From positions 1 to 61,279 of the forward strand of contig JAIROW010000035.1 in NCBI GenBank assembly GCA_031257315.1: a stretch of DNA of 61,279 nucleotides, given 5' to 3'. The notes under the pieces were generated by a model. The model was given only the letters and a program-made list of their open reading frames with translations, did not search any database and was not told where the DNA came from. This stretch comes from Prevotellaceae bacterium (GTDB taxonomy: Bacteria; Bacteroidota; Bacteroidia; Bacteroidales; UBA932). Both the position numbers and the translations under genes were made by a program. Positions 57,463-61,279 of this stretch are shown in pieces (the first letter of the stretch is position 1; each line of letters opens with the position of its first letter).

Positions 57463-58563
57463 ATGTTAAATCGAATACTGTATTTGGTATATCTTCTTAT
57501 TTTATGTTTGTCCGGATGCCAACAGCATAATACTGGTAAAACTGTGGAAATCAGTAATTTTTCGACATCGTACAGAATAAATGGAAAAAAATTACACACA
57601 AATACCGATATTTTTTTCCCGAGAAAAATGATACTGTTTAATGACAGTACTGTTATTTTTACAGAGAAACGCTCTGAATATTGTGTGAAAGTACTTTCCA
57701 TCAGATATGATACCGCCAATTTAATATTTGAATTTGCAGGTAAAGGTAATGGTCCCGACGATTTTGTTATGGGAGTAACCAATATACAACGGGATATACA
57801 TAATTCATACGAAGGAATATGGGTGGCGGATATTCAATCTGTCAAATTTTACTCGTATGATAATAAATTAAATTCATGGAGAAATATTTCGGATATAAAA
57901 ATGCTGCCTTCAAAAGTGATTCCTTCAAGCCACAGTTTTGTAACAAATTCAGGTTTGCTGTGCTATTCTACTGCTGTTGACAACCAGATTTCCATATCAT
58001 TATCGTCTGCAAATAACGGTTTAACAGGTTATGATTTTTATCCTGTCAATCCAAATCCTTACGATAAATTATTTTCAAAAACAATTTATTCTGCCGATAT
58101 TGGTATAAAACCTGATAAATCAAAAATAGCGCTTGCCTATCTGTTTTATAAATCTGTCTGTATTGTTTCTCTGGATAATCCTGAAACGCCTTTATTTTTA
58201 AAATTTAAAGATGAGCCGTTTATACATTTAAGCAAAAATAAGGAAGGCTATGATACTGAGGCTATCAGAAGTTTGCCATTGCAATATGTAGATATTTACA
58301 CTACCGACAGTTTAATTTATGTATTATATGCAGGTACAACAAATGATAAACTGGAAAATCATTCGCAGGAATCTATGCCGGACGCCATGTCCATACATAT
58401 ATTTAAATGGGACGGTACTGCTTTGTGTATCTTAAATTTAGACCGTATTATCAATTGTTTCTGCGTTGATGAAACAAACGGTATTATTTACGGTATAGAT
58501 CCGACTGTGGAAGAAAATGCAGTCATTTATCAGTTTGTTATACCAGAATTACCAAAAATATGA
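57463..58563 (+). CDS. Lipoprotein, TolB-like/6-bladed beta-propeller family (Bacteroidales-specific)
   Basis: Lipobox CLSGC, GKGNGPDDF motif, 366 aa. Confidence 0.6.
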   Translation: MLNRILYLVYLLILCLSGCQQHNTGKTVEISNFSTSYRINGKKLHTNTDIFFPRKMILFNDSTVIFTEKRSEYCVKVLSIRYDTANLIFEFAGKGNGPDDFVMGVTNIQRDIHNSYEGIWVADIQSVKFYSYDNKLNSWRNISDIKMLPSKVIPSSHSFVTNSGLLCYSTAVDNQISISLSSANNGLTGYDFYPVNPNPYDKLFSKTIYSADIGIKPDKSKIALAYLFYKSVCIVSLDNPETPLFLKFKDEPFIHLSKNKEGYDTEAIRSLPLQYVDIYTTDSLIYVLYAGTTNDKLENHSQESMPDAMSIHIFKWDGTALCILNLDRIINCFCVDETNGIIYGIDPTVEENAVIYQFVIPELPKI

Positions 58564-59141
58564 AAAATAATATTTTAAACATTGTAACTTTAATAATTGT
58601 ATCTGTAACAGGTATATATGCTCAAACCAATTCAGTAAATACTGTTATTGGAAATATTAATGATACTGCAAAATATGCAAATACTACAAATGTTATTCAG
58701 GGAGTTGAACTGATAGAATACATTCCTAATCTGGAAAATTATACAGGATTAATAAAAACTGTTATATACCGGTTACAAAATCACAGCAAAAAACCTGTAA
58801 AACTTATAAAACCTCATTTGTATGAAGTGGACGGAGAAAAACCCGGAAAAGAATTGTTGCCTGATATTCCAATACATGAATTTTCCGAAAAAGGCAAAAA
58901 AATTACTGTACGTATCGATATTTCAAAAAATAATATTTCTTTGCCTTCAAAAGGTATCTTTGTTGGATTGGAATTTGCCGGAATGATTAATGAAAACGAA
59001 AATACAAATAACGATATACTTACTGTCTGGAACAACAGAAAAGGCAATCCTCATTCACTAAGTTATTCCAGATATAAGGACAAACTTGAAAAAACATCAA
59101 ATGCCCTGTATATGAGTTTGGAAATTATAACAACCAAATAA
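58560..59141 (+). CDS. Hypothetical secreted protein
   Basis: Signal peptide (…VSVTGIYAQ). ATGA overlap with the upstream gene. Confidence 0.55.
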   Translation: MKNNILNIVTLIIVSVTGIYAQTNSVNTVIGNINDTAKYANTTNVIQGVELIEYIPNLENYTGLIKTVIYRLQNHSKKPVKLIKPHLYEVDGEKPGKELLPDIPIHEFSEKGKKITVRIDISKNNISLPSKGIFVGLEFAGMINENENTNNDILTVWNNRKGNPHSLSYSRYKDKLEKTSNALYMSLEIITTK

Positions 59142-59162
59142 TATCTCGAATTGGCTAAAAAT

Positions 59163-59224
59163 CATATATTTGAAATTTTTGAATAAAAAACATTATCTTT
59201 GCAGTCAAAAACATAAAATATAAT
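59163..59224 (+). promoter_or_regulatory. Promoter module (TTTG-N21-TAtcTTTG), copy 2
   Basis: One mismatch to 57321-57383. It ends 1 nt before ATG 59226. Confidence 0.65.
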
Positions 59225-59225
59225 T

Positions 59226-60452
59226 ATGAAAAAAATACTGATTATTGCTCTTACAGGCTTACTTACCGGATGTGCAGGACGGGGAAATGAACGTCCAAGA
59301 TTTTCTCAGGAACAGATAATACATTTGGGATTGGACAGCGTCAAACTGTTAAACATTGACAGGGAAAACAGCGTGGTACTCGATTTGAATGGATTTTTAT
59401 CCGATAAAATGATTAAAACCAGTGAATTTATTGATTATTCAACGCTTATTCCGCTGGAAACAACCGACGAATCTTTAATCTCAGAAATAGAAAAACTAAT
59501 CTGTACGGAAAACCGCTTCTTTATTATTGATATGAATTACAGAAACGTATTTATCTTTTCCCATGAAGGAAAATTTATTTGCAAACTACCCACAGGAGGA
59601 GGACCGGAAGATATTTTAAATCCATACGATATTGCTGTGGACGAAAGAAAACAGATTCTGATTGTAGAGCACAGAACAGGGCTGTCTTTTTTTGATTTTA
59701 ATGGCAAATTTATCAAAAAAGAAAAGCCATTTCATATTCCTTTTTATTTCAACAAATTCAGAGTAATACCCGAAGGCTATCTGTTTATACTTGCCAACCG
59801 ACGGACTGATAATACTCATCTGAACAAGCTGTCTGATTTACAGGTTTTAATAACGGATTCAACTTTTCGCATCATTGCCGCCGGATTCCCGTATCACTAT
59901 CCTGACGCAAACAATTATGGTAATTATGATTATACAAATTCGTTTGAAAATAACGTGCATTTTGCGTTCAAGTTTTCCGATAAAGTCTATAAACTCGAAA
60001 ATGCGTATTCTGTAAAGGAATGTTATCAGCTTGATTTTCACAAAAAAAGGATTCCTGAACAGTATTTAGAGAACACCGATATTTTCTGGAAAGAAGCGCG
60101 ACAAAATGACTGCTATTATTATATGGGTGATTATGTTGAATGTGAAACGCACGAATATTTTGCACTAAAAAATAATTTTAACAGAAAGGGATTTAAGACA
60201 TTTATTTTCCGCGATAAATCAACCGGTAACTTGATTGGAGGAAATCAGGTTTTTGTTGATTCGGATACTGCGCCCCTGTTTGCCCCCCCTCTGGCTGGAT
60301 GGAAAGATGAATTTATAGGTGCAATTTCCGCATTTGCCATTCATAATTCTTTAACGGAACGTAAAACAAACAACGAAATACTTAAAAATATAGACGAAGA
60401 TGCAAATCCGGTATTGGTCAAATATAAATTGAAACGTTCGACGGAAAAATAA
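59226..60452 (+). CDS. Lipoprotein, 6-bladed beta-propeller (BF3164/DUF5128-like) family
   Basis: Lipobox LLTGC. IPLETTDESLISEIEKL....FFIID......VFIFSHEGKFICKL..GGGPEDI is characteristic of this family. Confidence 0.65.
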   Translation: MKKILIIALTGLLTGCAGRGNERPRFSQEQIIHLGLDSVKLLNIDRENSVVLDLNGFLSDKMIKTSEFIDYSTLIPLETTDESLISEIEKLICTENRFFIIDMNYRNVFIFSHEGKFICKLPTGGGPEDILNPYDIAVDERKQILIVEHRTGLSFFDFNGKFIKKEKPFHIPFYFNKFRVIPEGYLFILANRRTDNTHLNKLSDLQVLITDSTFRIIAAGFPYHYPDANNYGNYDYTNSFENNVHFAFKFSDKVYKLENAYSVKECYQLDFHKKRIPEQYLENTDIFWKEARQNDCYYYMGDYVECETHEYFALKNNFNRKGFKTFIFRDKSTGNLIGGNQVFVDSDTAPLFAPPLAGWKDEFIGAISAFAIHNSLTERKTNNEILKNIDEDANPVLVKYKLKRSTEK

Positions 60453-60460
60453 TTTAAATA

Positions 60461-60558
60461 TTATGAAAATTATACAATTGCTGCGACGACAAATTTACAT
60501 AATCTCCATTATATTAATATACATGAAGAGTCGTGGATACATATATTTGAAATTTTTG
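60461..60558 (+). repeat. 98-bp direct repeat, right copy
   Basis: See 57243-57340. Confidence 0.9.
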
Positions 60559-60597
60559 CGCGAATAAAGTATTTTAGCCAATATTGAAAAAAAGTTG

Positions 60598-60605
60598 TAC
60601 CTTTG
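60598..60605 (+). promoter_or_regulatory. -7 promoter box TAccTTTG
   Basis: TAnnTTTG consensus ~255 nt upstream of ATG 60861. Confidence 0.5.
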
Positions 60606-60686
60606 CGAAAATTTGAATTAAAAACATATATGGTATAGAAATATAAAATATTATACAAAAATTAATTTAATTAATTGAGCTAAACG

Positions 60687-60860
60687 CTCTTATTCTCACT
60701 GTTAGAAATCGACCAAATATTTCAAGCATTATATCCGAGAATAAGTCCGCGAAAGTTCACGTCTTCGGGCGTGAATTGTTCGTTTGCTTATTGGGATATA
60801 CGGCTTTTGGTCGAGCCTCTGACAGTAAATAAGCAATTACGAACAGTTTCACGCTTTTTT
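60687..60860 (+). ncRNA. Structured leader or small RNA with mutually exclusive hairpins, ending in a long terminator-like stem plus U6
   Basis: Pairings read directly. P1 is 60769-60782 with 60840-60854 (14 bp, one bulge). P2 is GCTTATT/AATAAGC. P3 is GGCT/AGCC. T6 lies at 60855-60860. The competing hairpin is TTCACG(60756-61)/CGTGAA(60770-75). Confidence 0.45.
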
Positions 60861-61279
60861 ATGAATGACAAATTTGATATCGGGAAAATTATTATGCAAC
60901 ACTTGAGAAAGCAAAAGCACTCGGTTGAATGGCTGGCAAAGCAGGTTAAATGCGTTCCAAGTACTCTTCGCAGACAGCTTATTGGTAACTGCGTCAAATT
61001 AAACCTGTTGATGGATATTGCCACAGCCATGAATACAGACTTTTTTGTACTCTGTTCGCAGTGGCTAAAAATGAAAAAATCGTGCAAAAATGCACGAATC
61101 GAAAATTACGTCAAAAAACAGAATGAAGTAGATATAGGTCAGCATATTAAGGCGCATGTCAAGATGAGTGGCATCAGTGTTGCCGAATTTGCAAAAAAGA
61201 TACACCGTTCGCGTACTGACGCATACTATTTGTTTATGCAAAAACGCATCAATACGGAATTATTGAAAAAAGTATCGGA
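60861..61279 (+). CDS. Partial CDS (3' end outside the window): protein with two tandem XRE-type helix-turn-helix domains
   Basis: Open frame from ATG 60861 to the window edge (not in the ORF track because it has no stop). Two repeats of DIG..I......S..(W/F)(L/A)K.(V/I)......L... Confidence 0.6.
   Translation, partial: MNDKFDIGKIIMQHLRKQKHSVEWLAKQVKCVPSTLRRQLIGNCVKLNLLMDIATAMNTDFFVLCSQWLKMKKSCKNARIENYVKKQNEVDIGQHIKAHVKMSGISVAEFAKKIHRSRTDAYYLFMQKRINTELLKKVS

Overview
The window looks like a chromosomal segment of a low-GC Bacteroidota (Bacteroidales-like) genome. Evidence: TAnnTTTG -7 promoter boxes in front of many genes, no Shine-Dalgarno sequences, SusC/SusD pairs, and many lipoprotein signal peptides.

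Coding content:
- Housekeeping genes: tRNA-Leu, argH, an aminotransferase, rplM-rpsI-rpsB-tsf, aroB, serA, rlmN, radA, tatA-tatC-tatC, aspS, a Nudix hydrolase and a lone rnfC.
- Two divergently transcribed SusC/SusD polysaccharide-utilisation loci (23.6-38.5 kb), plus GH30 and GH116 glycosidases.
- A 1285-aa SprB-repeat surface protein and an 841-aa secreted protein with a Ser/Thr/Arg-rich repeat tail.
- A LytS-type kinase with a LytTR regulator, and a membrane LytTR protein with a LiaF-like neighbour.
- A 3-gene beta-propeller lipoprotein cassette.
- A partial double-HTH gene at the right edge.

No rRNA, CRISPR array, transposase or integrase was seen.

Most worth a second look:
1. Both susC genes are preceded by mirror-image copies of one promoter+leader module. 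Each copy carries a ~60-nt (GA)n tract and a conserved upstream ORF, and the frame in which that ORF exits the tract decides whether it stops on the susC start codon.
2. There are tandem tatC paralogues. The first has lost both conserved glutamates of the twin-arginine recognition site.
3. The intergenic regions hold dense islands of structured repeats: 21-22-bp phased palindromic arrays, 8-mer AATTGAYA arrays, and MITE-like elements with 20-bp terminal inverted repeats.
4. A terminator/antiterminator-like RNA abuts the start of the HTH gene.
5. The lone rnfC is followed by a lipoprotein cassette bracketed by 98-bp direct repeats.

All functional calls come from motif recognition by eye. No database search was run.
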